A stretch of DNA of 63,956 nt, filler included, from Octopus bimaculoides (Eukaryota), in assembly GCF_001194135.2 (NCBI RefSeq). It is 5 parts of 5 records of this genome, joined end to end, with 100 filler letters (N's around TTAATTAATTAA, not from the genome) between each part and the next. Parts side by side here need not be neighbours in the genome. Positions count along the whole stretch, not along the records: positions 1 to 22,845 come from NC_068982.1; positions 22,946 to 37,295 come from NC_069001.1; 3 more parts are not named here. One strand, given 5' to 3'. The first letter of the stretch is position 1; each line of letters starts with the position of its first letter. Of this stretch, positions 12,791-24,305 are shown piece by piece. Below the pieces are notes generated by a model. That model was not told the origin of the DNA and did not search any database. It saw only the letters and a list, made by a program, of their open reading frames with translations. The position numbers and the translations under genes are program-made.

Positions 12791-13239
12791 ACTTCCAGTA
12801 TTTTTTAATTGTTTTTTTTAATTGAAAGTCCTAACAAAGTGAAGAGATACTCAGTGTAAATGATAATAAAAAGGAGAAATCAAAATGTGAGGAATGAATT
12901 TACTTTAGACTTGAAAAGGCTCAGGTCATAAGAAGGGTGAAAACAAGGAGATGGAAGAGAGTTCAAAAATCTGGCAGTTCAAGGAAAAAAGCCTATGCTT
13001 GTAGAAAGACTTCCTTATTTATGGAAGTACAACAGCATTTGGATGAAGATATTGTGAGTTTTGAGTTTGGTGGGAAGGTACAATATGATGCCTGCTTGTG
13101 ACTCTCTTCATTGATGCAATGGAATCACACCATTATTTAAAGCAAATTATAACAGGTAAACGTAAAGGTAAAAGCTGTCTTCTCGAGTTATGCTGACTCA
13201 CAGGGGGCCAGTATCCTGGTTTCCATGACATATATATTT

Positions 13240-13425
13240 ATTTCTTTATTACCCACAAGGGGCTAAACATAGAGGGGACAAACAAGGACAGACAAGGGGG
13301 TTAAGTCGATTACATCGACCCCACTGATTGACTGGTACTTATTTAATCGACCCCAGAAGGATGAAAGGCAAAGTCGACCTCAGTGGAAATTGAACTCAGA
13401 ATGTAATGGCAGACGAAATACTGCT
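13240..13425 (-). mobile_element. SINE family C (central domain gtcgactttgcctttcatcc...aagtaccag)
   Basis: Other copies at ~25780-25990 (+), 26030-26250 (+), 32300-32490 (-), 41040-41310 (-), 41697-41895 (-), 59705-59830 (-) and 59990-60210 (-). Confidence 0.8.
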
Positions 13426-13460
13426 ATATATATATATAAGTGCATGGCTCNNNNNNNNNN

Positions 13461-13529
<69 letters not shown>

Positions 13530-13552
13530 AACATATACTATATATATATATA

Positions 13553-13875
13553 AGTGCATGGCTCAGTGGTTAGAGCATCAGCTTACGATCATGAAGTTGT
13601 GAGTTCGAATCCTGGACCGGGCTGCGTGTTGTGTTCTTGAGCAAGACACTTTATTTCCTGTTGTGCCTGTTCACTCAGGTGTAGAAATGAGTTGCGACAT
13701 CATTGGTGCCAAGCTGTATTGGCCATTGCCTTTCCCTTGGATAACATTGGTGGCATGGAGAGGGGAGGCCGGTATGCATGGGCGACTATTGATCTTCCAT
13801 AAACAACCATGCCCGGACTTGTACCTGGGAGGGTAACTTTCTAGATGCAATCCCATAGCCATTCATGACTGAAGG
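13553..13875 (+). mobile_element. tRNA-derived SINE family D
   Basis: gcatggctcagtggttaga (A box), gagttcgaatcc (B box); related heads at 39470, 46065 and 49395. Confidence 0.85.
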
Positions 13876-13924
13876 GGGTCTCAGCATACTATACACACAT
13901 ACATAAAAAAGACCTTCTTCAGTC

Positions 13925-14215
13925 ACAAATAACCATGGGATTGCAGCTAGAAATTTCTCTTCCAAGGCACAAGTCTGAGTAAGATTATTTGGGGAACACC
14001 AGTAGTTGCCCATGCATACCAGCCTCCCCTCTCCATGCCACTTATGTTACCCAAGGGAAAGGCAAAGGCTGATACAGCTTGGCATCACTGATGTTGCAAC
14101 TCATTTCTACAGCTGAGCGAACTGGAGCAATGTGAAATAAAGTGCCTTACTCAAGAACACAACACACAGCCCAGTCCAGGAATCGAACTCACAACCTCAC
14201 TGTCGTAAGCCCAAC
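13925..14215 (-). mobile_element. SINE family D, inverted relative to 13553-13875
   Basis: Reverse complement matches the adjacent + copy over ~300 bp. Confidence 0.85.
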
Positions 14216-14336
14216 ACATATGCACACACAAACATAGTCACAAAGACACACACAGGCACACACACACTCATACACGCACACACACATACACACAGACTCA
14301 TACACACAGACTCATACACACACGCACACGTGCGCG

Positions 14337-14381
<45 letters not shown>

Positions 14382-14704
14382 CCATTTCTATATAGTATTT
14401 GAATAAAAATCGCCATAACATTAAATAAAAAGAAATTTTTGTTTTTTTTGTAATTAGTATATCAAAAATATATTGAATAAATATTGGATATATATTTTCA
14501 TAAATTGGTACATAAGAGGGTAATTTATCAATGATTTATTGAAGACAATAGTTCAATATAATATTGAACTGCTGATTAAAGGCTCTGGTTAGAAATAAGC
14601 AGCATCAGTTGTCAGAGTAGAGATGCTGCAGACAGTGGCACCACTGTATAATCGATGAGAGTTTTGTATTCTTGTATTACTGAGTAGATATATTTTTCTT
14701 CTCT

Positions 14705-15040
14705 TGTTTCTTTTTTTTATTTGTGTCAGTCATTTAACTGTGGCCATGCTGGAGCACTGCCTTGAACGGTTTTAGTTGAACAAACCAACCTAACTCCAAG
14801 ACTTATTTTTTTTTAAAGCCTGGTACTTACACTATTGTCTCTTTTGCTGAACCACTAAGTTACACACCAACACCAGTTGCCAAGTGGTGGTGAGGGGACA
14901 AACACAGATATAAAGGCACACATACATGCACATGCACACAAATACATGCATATGCACATGCACACACACACACACACACACACACACTCCACACGCACAC
15001 ACAAACACACAAACACACAAACACACGCGCGCGCGCACAC

Positions 15041-15080
<40 letters not shown>

Positions 15081-15228
15081 CTATTTTCAGTTTGTGTCTA
15101 CGAAATCTACTCACAAGGCTTTGGTTGGTCTAAGGCTATAGCAGAAGATGCTTTGCCCAAGGCACGATGCAGTGAGACTGAATTCAGGATCATGTGGTTG
15201 GGGATCAAGCTTCTTACCACACAGCCAA
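14705..15228 (-). mobile_element. SINE family A
   Basis: Full colinear copy with expanded (CA)n. Confidence 0.8.
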
Positions 15229-17573
15229 GCCTGCCTGCTTGCATCTATGATGTGCTCTCATAAGACAACAAGAAATCACTCCAATGTTTCTTTCCCAAGA
15301 GATTCTAAAATATCGAAAAAAAAAAAAACTCGCTAAATGTCTTTGTGATATGTTTAATACAATAAAAAAAGGAATGACTAATAATAAACTACAACTGCAG
15401 CCACCACAACAAAAAACAACAACACAACAACAAGGACGATGATGAAGGATAGAGAACAACAATGATAACAACAACAACAACAACAACCAAAACAAGAAGC
15501 CAAGAAAAATCAATGATTTACCATTAATTCTTGGTCAAAATCAATGACAGATCATCAATGTGGCACATGAGAATTAAACTAGAGTCCTTGAGAGTTACAT
15601 CGATGGTTGAGATTAGTTGCATTATTTTATTGTATATATGACATTGACTATAACCTACATAACAGATGGTAATACACGTTGCAGAGCCTCAGACAGATTT
15701 TTATGTTGGCTACTGATCAATATTTGGAATAGTATTGTGATAAGCTTGTTAATTAATGTTTTCTTTCACTGTCTTTCGTGGTGCAGTGTTCTAATACTTA
15801 ATTCAGAGATTTTATAGTGCTCTGGAGATGAGGAACTATTCTCCTCTTGGTTGGGATACCGGTCTGTGACAAGTAACTTTTCCTGGAAGAGGAACTGAAA
15901 CTAAAGTCAGCCATATTAGGACAGTGAAACACTCAGTAAGAGAGCTTAGTGTGGTTGTTTGATCTGCTAGAAATAACAAGCGAATCTTGCTCAAACCACA
16001 TACTATCTTCTTGGAAAATAACATTCGGTAATGTGGCTGAAAGTACATTACTTCTTAAATTGACGAGATGGTTATTAACTGAATGATTAACTCAGCAATG
16101 ACTAAGGGATTAAATAAGAATAGAACCACGACTACCACCACCAACAACAGCACCGACATTACAAATCAATTTGTAGTGGTGTTGCTGTTTACACCAGAAA
16201 ATTATATCTACATGCAATTTGGTGGAATATCGCATTGAAAATTATTTATCTTGAACATGGCCTCATCAGAGTGCTTGCTGATGGTACGGCATGAATTACT
16301 AACCCTCCAACTAATTTTTCCAGTTGCTTTCAACTCAAAACAATCATATTTTCATTTGTCAATATCGTACTAAACGATTCTCTCATCAGTACTTTGACAA
16401 CTACAGTAAAATCCATACTTTGCTGATGAGGTTATAATAAAACTGAAGCATGTCTGAAAATATCTCCAACACTTGCTTAATATTAATTAGAATAATATTA
16501 GTCATTGACTAATATCGTTTTCTTGTTGCTGTATAATAATTTATTAATGCTAGGTTAATACTAATTTAGCTATTGATTTTCATGCTGATAGAGATATTCA
16601 TTTTAAAGTTTCATAGCTTTACAATCACTTTTGAACACAACTGCATTTACTTCACTGAAGACAAGACTCACTTGAAATGCCAGAAATTACCAGTACTTAA
16701 GGTACAGAATCTTCTTTTATGGTAAATTTTATTGAGAGTATGATAACGTACCATATTAATTTAAGCTATTTAATCCAATCTAAGTTCTAAATGGATAAAT
16801 TCATTAATGATTATAAATTTCTGTTCTGACTATAAATTGATATAATTATCTGTTAATCCTGCTATTTTATTCCTTGCTTACAGAGAAAAAAAATTAAATA
16901 GTTATTTTTGAGCTAATGAAGAAGCATTTATGCTGTTTTTAGAAATAATAGCCAAATCTCCCTCAAATTACATCCTGCTGTTTGTATAGGAGATATACTG
17001 GATTATATTGTCCCAGGGAAACTCTATATAAAAATGATGATGAATGGCCATAGCTCAACTGGAACAGAGTTGACCTTAGGCTAAGCCACAAAAGCATAAA
17101 TATATATTTTATTAAGATTTATTATTCTAATTTCTCTGCAATACAGTCCAAAAATTTACCCCAACAAATTCAAAGTCAAAATCCATTGATATAGTCACAA
17201 ATGCAGTGATGCAAAAGCTTTCTGCAATAAACAAAAGGAATAAATAAATGAGTGGAAATTGAACCAGTGAGTGTGTTATATTAAGGTGCTATGACTCTCC
17301 TCAGATACAACAAATATAAAGAGATTTATAGAAATTAACACAGTTGAATAAATTTACTATACTTTACTATATTCTACAAGACGGGTAATTATGGTCAAAA
17401 TCAGACTTAATAAGATTTATCAGATTTATATAGACAACTGATGAGATTAATCAGATAGATTAAATTTATATAGACAACTTGAATTAATTTGTCTATTATG
17501 TGTTATGTCAATTTCTTCAAATACTAATTTCTGAACCTACATTAACAGAAGATTTAGCTTTAATATTTATTAA

Positions 17574-18000
17574 TCTTCTATATCAAAGAAATTCACTGTG
17601 TGCGTGTATGTGTGTGTGTTTCCTCTATGCATGGCCAAATTTGGCATGAAGGTTTTTCATTACTCGGGGATGGTTCTAGGGGTGCAAATTTTGGCCCTTG
17701 CCCATATAGGGGGCTGTACCCCCCCCCCTATACAACCCTTCCGAATTTTTTTTCAGCAGATTCCTTTGTTTTTGATGACAGAGATTCCCAATATGCAAAA
17801 AACCATGTTTTCAAAATTTTAAATTCCTCCCTCTTACCAAATTTTGTATTTTTAACATTTTTTCGAATTTTTTTTTTTCAATTTAGGTGGGAAAATACAG
17901 AGATTAAGAATATGGTAAAAAAAATTTTTATTTCAAATTTTCTGTGAAGAAATCCAAAATTGATCCACACACCCCTTGCCATCCCATCCCATTGTTTAAA
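17574..18000 (+). mobile_element. Possible non-autonomous Helitron 5' region
   Basis: A|TC start, (TG)n, then ttcctctatgcatggccaaatttggcatgaag, similar to the 5' ends of non-autonomous Helitrons as I recall them; no 3' end seen nearby. Confidence 0.4.
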
Positions 18001-18130
18001 ACTGAAAATGAACTGCTAAAAATAACAGCTAAATGTCTGGAAATTTTCTGTGCTTGCATGTGTATGCATGCAACAATTTCTACTGCTTATGTGAATGAAC
18101 AGAGAAAGTAAACAGAAATATGTTTTACAG

Positions 18131-18169
18131 ACCTACCATATACATCGGTTTTGTTTTCTTGCTTTGAAG
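18131..18169 (+). CDS. Candidate exon (39 nt, phase 0-0): TYHIHRFCFLALK
   Basis: tgttttacAG acceptor; AAG|GTAAAC donor; joins in frame to the exon at 22266. Confidence 0.5.
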
Positions 18170-18989
18170 GTAAACGATTCTCATAGAAGCAAACATAATA
18201 TTGGATAATTCTCCATCATATGTCTATAACCCCCACCTAATTTTTTTTGAAGTAAAAATAAACACATTTTAATTGTGATAATGAAACAAACGGTTTAGTC
18301 CTTACTGCCAAAATTAATTTCTCTGGCAAAAGAGAAGGTGGCATTTTCTTTCTTTTTCAATATTTAATTGGAAGAGAGAATATGTTGTTACCAACAACGT
18401 TGCAATTAATCCAATGACTTGACAGCAAAGTACGTAAAAGTACTTGTACAGTCCTGTCGTGCACTCATTCACACCAACACTTGCACCCAAAGGTTGGTTG
18501 CTGATAAACATAATTGTGACTGGATAGAAATTTGGCAAATAGTTACAATAACACCATACTTGCTAAATACTAACCCTAACTGTAACCCTAAACCATAAAT
18601 TTGCCTACAGAAGGGCCAGCGCTAAGCCCCTGCTACTCCTGCTGTTGCAGGGGTTCTCCATGAAGAACTGGAATTACTGTAATATAAAACTTAAAATTCG
18701 ATGTTACATACAACATATATAATTTTCAGAAGAAAAAGAAACAGTAAGGTTTCTAAATAATGAATGGTCTTCACATGGATGCACACCTGGTGAAAACTTA
18801 TTACATTGATATAAGTTATTCATTCAATTAGTTCTTTAGGCAATATACACTATAGGATATCTTTCAATTTATACGATAAACTTAGTAAATTTTGAAGTTC
18901 AATATTCCTGTGACATTAGTTAGAGATATTGACATGAGTTATTCAAATAATTGTTCATGGAATGGACCTTATAAAATTAGTTAGATTAC

Positions 18990-19320
18990 ACTCGACATTT
19001 CATATTTAAATCTGATGTGACTGTTTCTACTTGGATAGGAACTAGAAACTGTTATACCTTGATAAACTTCCAATACATATTTTGGATATTTTTGAAATAA
19101 CTCACCTTATTAACACTGGATATTTTACATTTAAATCCAATGTGAGTATCTATTCTTGGATATGGATTGAAAAATATTGTATGCTGATAATTAACATTAC
19201 CTATTTTTAAAATTCTTGGAGAAAATCGACTTATTAACACTGGATATTTCTATTTTAGATGTGCGTGATTATACCTGGATAGACATTAAAAAATATTGTA
19301 TGCTGATAACTAACATTATA
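18990..19320. repeat. Degenerate ~124 bp tandem repeat
   Basis: cttattaacactggatattt at 19106 and 19230; aaaaatattgtatgctgataa twice. Confidence 0.75.
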
Positions 19321-20310
19321 TACTAACCGGCAAAAGAGGGCAATGCCTCCCCTCCCAGAGGAGGGGCTGTGACTCCCTTCTGTACCCTTCCCTATGCCCT
19401 TCTCAATTATACCACCAGGTAAAGGGGAAGGGGGTTCAGAAACCTTCCCCCCGCTATCCTTCCAACCTCCCCCTCCGCTCTGCCAATCATGCCCCTTAAC
19501 CCTCCTTTTACTCACCCTCCATGGTATTCTTTAATTACCTCGAGAGCAGAAATTGAAAGAGAATAGAAAGTGTTGAGCCAACATTTGCTTTGAACTGAAA
19601 AGAGAAAGTAAAAGTTGGACCTGTGTGTGTGAGAGAGTGAGTGAGTGAGTGAAGGCGTGTTGTTATGTATGTGTAAGTGGCGCTCACTCTCTCTCACACA
19701 TATGCACACATACATGCGAAAAAGTTGTATACATATGTATTTATGTATGTATGTGTATATGAAAGATAATGTGTACGTGTGTGTGTGAGAGACAGTGAGT
19801 GCCACTTACACATACATTCAAAAATACACACATGAAAACACACATCTTCACTCGCTCTCTCTCTCTCTCTCACACACATGCACTCACATATGAAAAAGAT
19901 GCATGCATATATATATCTTAACTAAAGTGAACGTTTGAAGCACACATATATGCTAATTTTGCCTGCCTCTTGTTAATTTCTTTTGCTTCGTTGTGTCGTT
20001 ATATGTGCTTTAAGATGCTTTTTTTCCTAATTTTCATACATACACTATACAGTTACTGATTCCCACCTGCTTATATGAATTTAAGCAAATGTCCAACCCA
20101 CCTGCTTATTCCAACCCACACCTATAGTTTGGGACCCGAGAGTAATGCAAGGTTTCTGTTTCCTTTCTCCAGTTAAATGGTATTTTCTCAACTAATTAGA
20201 ATTTTTTCATATGACATTCAATACATCATCCTTGAATTAAATTATTTTGTTGCATGTTGTGTCCCATTTACCTTGTTTCCCTTAGCTCAGTTCATGTTTA
20301 TATATATATA

Positions 20311-20555
20311 CTAGCCTAAGTACCTGGCATTGCTTGGAGGTTTAAAGAATGTTAAAAGAAATAAACAGAGGCGTAGGAGTGGCTGTGATAGGCACAGGAG
20401 TGGCTGTGTGGTAAGTAGCTTGTTTGCCAACCACATGGTTCTGGGTTCAGTCCCACTGCATGGCACCTTGGGCAAGTGTCTTCTACTATAGCCTCGGGCC
20501 GACCAAAGCCTTGTGAGTGGATTTGGTAGACAGAAACTAAAAGAAGCCTGTCGTA

Positions 20556-20614
<59 letters not shown>

Positions 20615-21720
20615 ATGTTTATGTGTCTGTGTTTGTCCCCCCAACATCGCTTGACAATCGATGCTGGTGTGTTTACGTCCCCGTCACTTAGCAGTTCGGC
20701 AAAAGAGACCGATAGAATAAGTACTAGGCTTCCAAAGAATAAGTCCTGGGTTCGATTTGCTCGACTAAAGGCGGTGCTCCAGCATAGCCGCAGTCAAATG
20801 ACTGAAACAAGTAAAAGAATAAAAAAATATTTATTCTGATAAAAAATATATTTTCAGAAAAATTCTATCAGATGATGTAAGTATAAACAGTTATTAAAAC
20901 AAATCCTGAAATCAATCACAGTTTAATTTTGTAGAACTTCTAAATATACAATGTTTGCAGTGTGTCATTTAATTGGGATACAAATAAAAAGAGTTTTGGG
21001 ACTTCCAACTCGTGAATATCCTACATATAATGACCCATGAGAGAAGCAAGGAGAAGCAAGGTTAAGTCCAACAGCCTTGAGAGATTGTCCTTGAGGTTTG
21101 TTTATCGACATAGCAAAACTTAGTTTCACTGGGAACTGGAGCTGTTTAAATTGAAAGGAGGGGGGGGGGGTCAGACGGGATTAACAGGATCCGTAGAATG
21201 AAAGCATCTTCACCCTTATATTTCCCAGTGATAATTGTTGCTTCTAGGACATGAAGTTGCATCACTTTCACCACCAGTCTGGTGCCATTGCACAGGAAAG
21301 GTGGATCCAGATTCCTGAGCAGTATGATTGGGGGCCCCCTTTTTAAGCATTAAGCTGTGTGGTGGCATCCCAGATGGTTGTGGAGAGTTCAGGAACTCAG
21401 ATTAAAAAAAACTGCAGCTTGGTACTGATCAAGGACTGTTGATGGATTTAAACGATTCTTCTTGTTCTGGCAACAGCTGCAAGAGATCTCAATTGATTTT
21501 TTTGACATTGACATTATGTGGAGCTAAGATTGCTCACTCACATAGCCATTGACTGTTGCTAAAGTTTTGTGCAATGTTCGGAAACACATGCATCTTGAGA
21601 TCATTGACAGTTGGTACCATCTCACCACAGGGTGGTTTGTGTTGTTGTTGCAATTCTCCATATAAATGATAGCAAAGTGTGCATCAAAAGAAACTAAAAT
21701 CCTGGTTCAGTGACATATCA
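20311..21720 (-). mobile_element. Helitron 3' portion: Pif1 helicase C-terminus, 3' UTR with SINE insertion, terminal hairpin and CTAG
   Basis: Minus strand VFPNI..WLCE*AILAP; EFLNS..PSGMPPH.L.LKRG.PIILLRNLDPP.LCNGTRL; QFPVKLSFAMSINK.QGQSL; PCFSHGSLYV.YSRVG; TANIVYLEVL*; terminus ccaagcaatgccaggtacttaggCTAG|T at 20311-20338. Confidence 0.85.
20369..20825 (+). mobile_element. SINE family A, full length and young-looking, inserted in the Helitron 3' UTR
   Basis: Head aggcacaggagtggctgtgtggtaag (5' 20 nt duplicated), B box, internal (TA)n, tail gactgaaacaagtaaaagaataaaa. Confidence 0.9.
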
Positions 21721-22265
21721 ACCAGGTTAGTAAAATTTAGTTAAGTTATATTAAAAATACAGACATGCTTTAAGTATACAATAAACACCAAGTGTGCATA
21801 TGTATAGCTACACAGATACACATACACACAATCACATACATTCACACACATATTTATACATACGTACATACATGCATACATGTATGCATGTATGTATGCA
21901 TGTAGCTATACATATGCACACTTGGTGTTTATCATGTACTTAAAGCATGTCTGTATTTTTAATATAACTCTTGTCTCTTCAAGTGCTGTAACATCTGGCC
22001 ATTTGGATAAATAGATAAGTAAACAATAAACTCCATGTATCCATAGTCAGTAGCATTAAGTTCTTTCTTTTTATGGATTACTACGATCCTCCTCCTCCTC
22101 CCCTCCTACCACCCTCCTCCCATCCTCCTCCTCCGCCACCTCATCATCATCTTTACTTCTAACTTTCCATGCTGGTATGAGTTCTTTTAATGTAGCACCA
22201 GCATGAGTGCTTTTTATGTGGCACCAGCACTAAGAATTGAAAATTGCATTCTCTGTTCTACCAAG

Positions 22266-22364
22266 ACATGGAGCCCTGAAATAGCTATTGGTGTTTTGCA
22301 AAAAAGCAAAAAAGCAAAGAAGGCTCTCCTTGATGAATTAGCAGTGATTATGGCATCTGTCCAG
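22266..22364 (+). CDS. Candidate exon (99 nt, phase 0-0): TWSPEIAIGVLQKSKKAKKALLDELAVIMASVQ
   Basis: ctctgttctaccaAG acceptor; CAG|GTCAAG donor; complex, helical-looking peptide inside track ORF 22203..22442. Confidence 0.6.
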
Positions 22365-22499
22365 GTCAAGTATCAAAATAGAATGAAACTCCTTCACAAG
22401 TCATATAGATTCATAAGTATCATATCTCAGTTTCTGTGGTGAATATATTGTGCTCACTCCTTCTCCAGACAGGATGCCAGTCGGTTGTAGTATTTACTC

Positions 22500-22720
22500 T
22501 TTATTCTCTTTTACTTGTTTCAGTCATTTGACTGTGGCCATGCTGGAGCACTGCCTTCAGTTGAGCAAATCGACCCCAGGACTTATTCTTTGTAAGCCTA
22601 GTACTTATTCTATCAGTCTCTTTTGCCGAACCGCTAGCTTATGGGGACGTAAACACACCAGCATCGGTTGTCAAGCGATGTTTGGGGGGACAAACACAGA
22701 CACACAAACATATATATACA

Positions 22721-22767
<47 letters not shown>

Positions 22768-22845
22768 TTATGTATACGACGGGCTTCTTTCAGTTTCCGT
22801 CTACCAAATCCACTCACAAGGCTTTGGTCGGCCCGAGGCTATAGT
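22500..22845 (-). mobile_element. SINE family A, truncated by gap
   Basis: Near-consensus sequence. Confidence 0.85.
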
Positions 22846-22889
22846 NNNNNNNNNNNNNNNNNNNNNNNNNNNNNNNNNNNNNNNNNNNN

Positions 22890-22901
22890 TTAATTAATTA
22901 A
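22890..22901. other. Artificial scaffold linker TTAATTAATTAA inside an N-gap
   Basis: Identical 12-mer centred in ~100 nt gaps, also at 37340-37351, 49868-49879 and 62745-62756; gives stops in all six frames. Confidence 0.95.
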
Positions 22902-22944
22902 NNNNNNNNNNNNNNNNNNNNNNNNNNNNNNNNNNNNNNNNNNN

Positions 22945-23310
22945 NTCTATGGCCTGCTGCAGTTTCGAACATTAGCGTTTTACTTTCGTAACATCCGTGT
23001 TCTCATATCTGAACAGAACCGCTTTTGACACAGAGAAACGGGAGCCCTTTTGGTCATTCTATTTTCCTTGCTGGAAGGGTTCCTAACCCATGAGCAAAGT
23101 GGGGTTAGATGATGGCGGTGGTGTTTTCAAAGGGATGGCATGTGTAACCTGATCACCTCTGCCGATCAAACTCTCAACCCATGCACTCCAGTTGCAACAC
23201 TGATTCTGCCCAAATTTGACGTCATGTTACTTAGTTTGGTTTGAAATAAAGAACTTGATTAGCTTAATAATTCCAACTTAAACCCGGGCAAAGCCGGGCT
23301 ATACTGCTAG
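22945..23310 (+). mobile_element. Non-autonomous Helitron 3' end
   Basis: CCCGG(gcaaag)CCGGG hairpin 23283-23298, then CTAG 23307-23310 followed by T; the 5' end may be lost in the gap. Confidence 0.75.
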
Positions 23311-23489
23311 TTCACATATACGTATACCTACACATACACGTGGACATGAACATATAACAGACTGATTCCATGCGAGATAATTTTCACAGACAGAAGAAAA
23401 CGCAATCAAGTGGGTAACATGATTTAATTATTTCTTTTATAACACATCTTTTACATCTGTAAAAATCACTCTGCAGACTGCCATATGCT

Positions 23490-24305
23490 TTAGCTTGTTT
23501 CAGTCATGCGACTGTGGCCATACCGGAGCACCACCTTTTAATCGAACAAATCAACCCTAAGACTTTTTGGCAAGACTTCCGCCCATCCCCACCCACCAAA
23601 AAACCCCCACCAAAATATTTTTTATCCACGCAACCCCACCCTTTTCGGCTACGAGGAATACGAATCTGCAAAAAAATTGGCGAAAATCGACATTTCTAAA
23701 TTACCACCCTCACCTCCATTTCCTTCATATTTCACTTTTTCTAAATAAGTGGAAAAATATGGACATTATGACTCGGTCAAAAATTTCAAAACATTTCTTT
23801 AGTTATGGTTACAGTTAGGGTTTTAGGGTTAGGGTTAGAGATTTAGGGTTAGGGTTAGGGCTTTAGGGTTAGTGTTGGGGGAAAAAGTCAAAATTGAAGA
23901 AGTTGGGGGGGAAAGGGAGGGAAAAATTTCACAATGCCGAATTTTGGCAATTTTCCGGAACCTCCGTATCCGAAAAAGGGGATTTTTGGCAAAAAAAATT
24001 TTTTAAATAAACAAATTTGGGAGAAAATGGTCGGGGGATGGGCGGAAGTCTTTTCGACTTTTTTCTTAAGCCTAGTACTAAGTTACAGGGACATAAACAC
24101 ACCTACACCGTTTTATCAAGCGATGGTCGGGGGACAAACACAACCACAAAGACACCATATATATATATATATATAGAACGGGCTTCTTCCAGTTTCTGGT
24201 CCGAGGCTATATTAGAAGACTCTTGCCCAATTTGCCACGCAGTGAGATTGAACCCAGACCCATGTGGTTGGGAAGCAAGCTTCTTATCACACAGGCACGC
24301 CTATG
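23490..24305 (-). mobile_element. SINE family A split by a MITE
   Basis: SINE sequence resumes after the 8 bp duplication at 24056. Confidence 0.8.
23569..24055. mobile_element. 487 bp MITE with 19 bp perfect TIR, 8 bp TSD and internal (TTAGGG)n, inserted in a SINE
   Basis: aagacttccgcccatcccc 23572-23590 and its exact reverse complement 24034-24052; GACTTTTT at 23561-23568 and 24056-24063. Confidence 0.8.

Noticed and set aside
13430-13560. Direct repeat of (TA)n-agtgcatggctc either side of a 10-N gap
   Set aside because: Most likely overlapping contig ends that were not merged
20390-20470. tRNA genes at SINE heads (also 13553, 45240, 46065, 50460)
   Set aside because: A and B boxes are present, but each continues into a multi-copy SINE body and I cannot fold a full cloverleaf
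22890-22901. Recurrent TTAATTAATTAA islands in N-runs (four sites) resembling a conserved motif or spaced array
   Set aside because: Six-frame-stop scaffolding linker placed at the centre of ~100 nt gaps; not biological
23815-23872. True telomere or chromosome fusion scar
   Set aside because: The short tract is internal to a TIR/TSD-bounded MITE, and no head-to-head TTAGGG/CCCTAA junction is present
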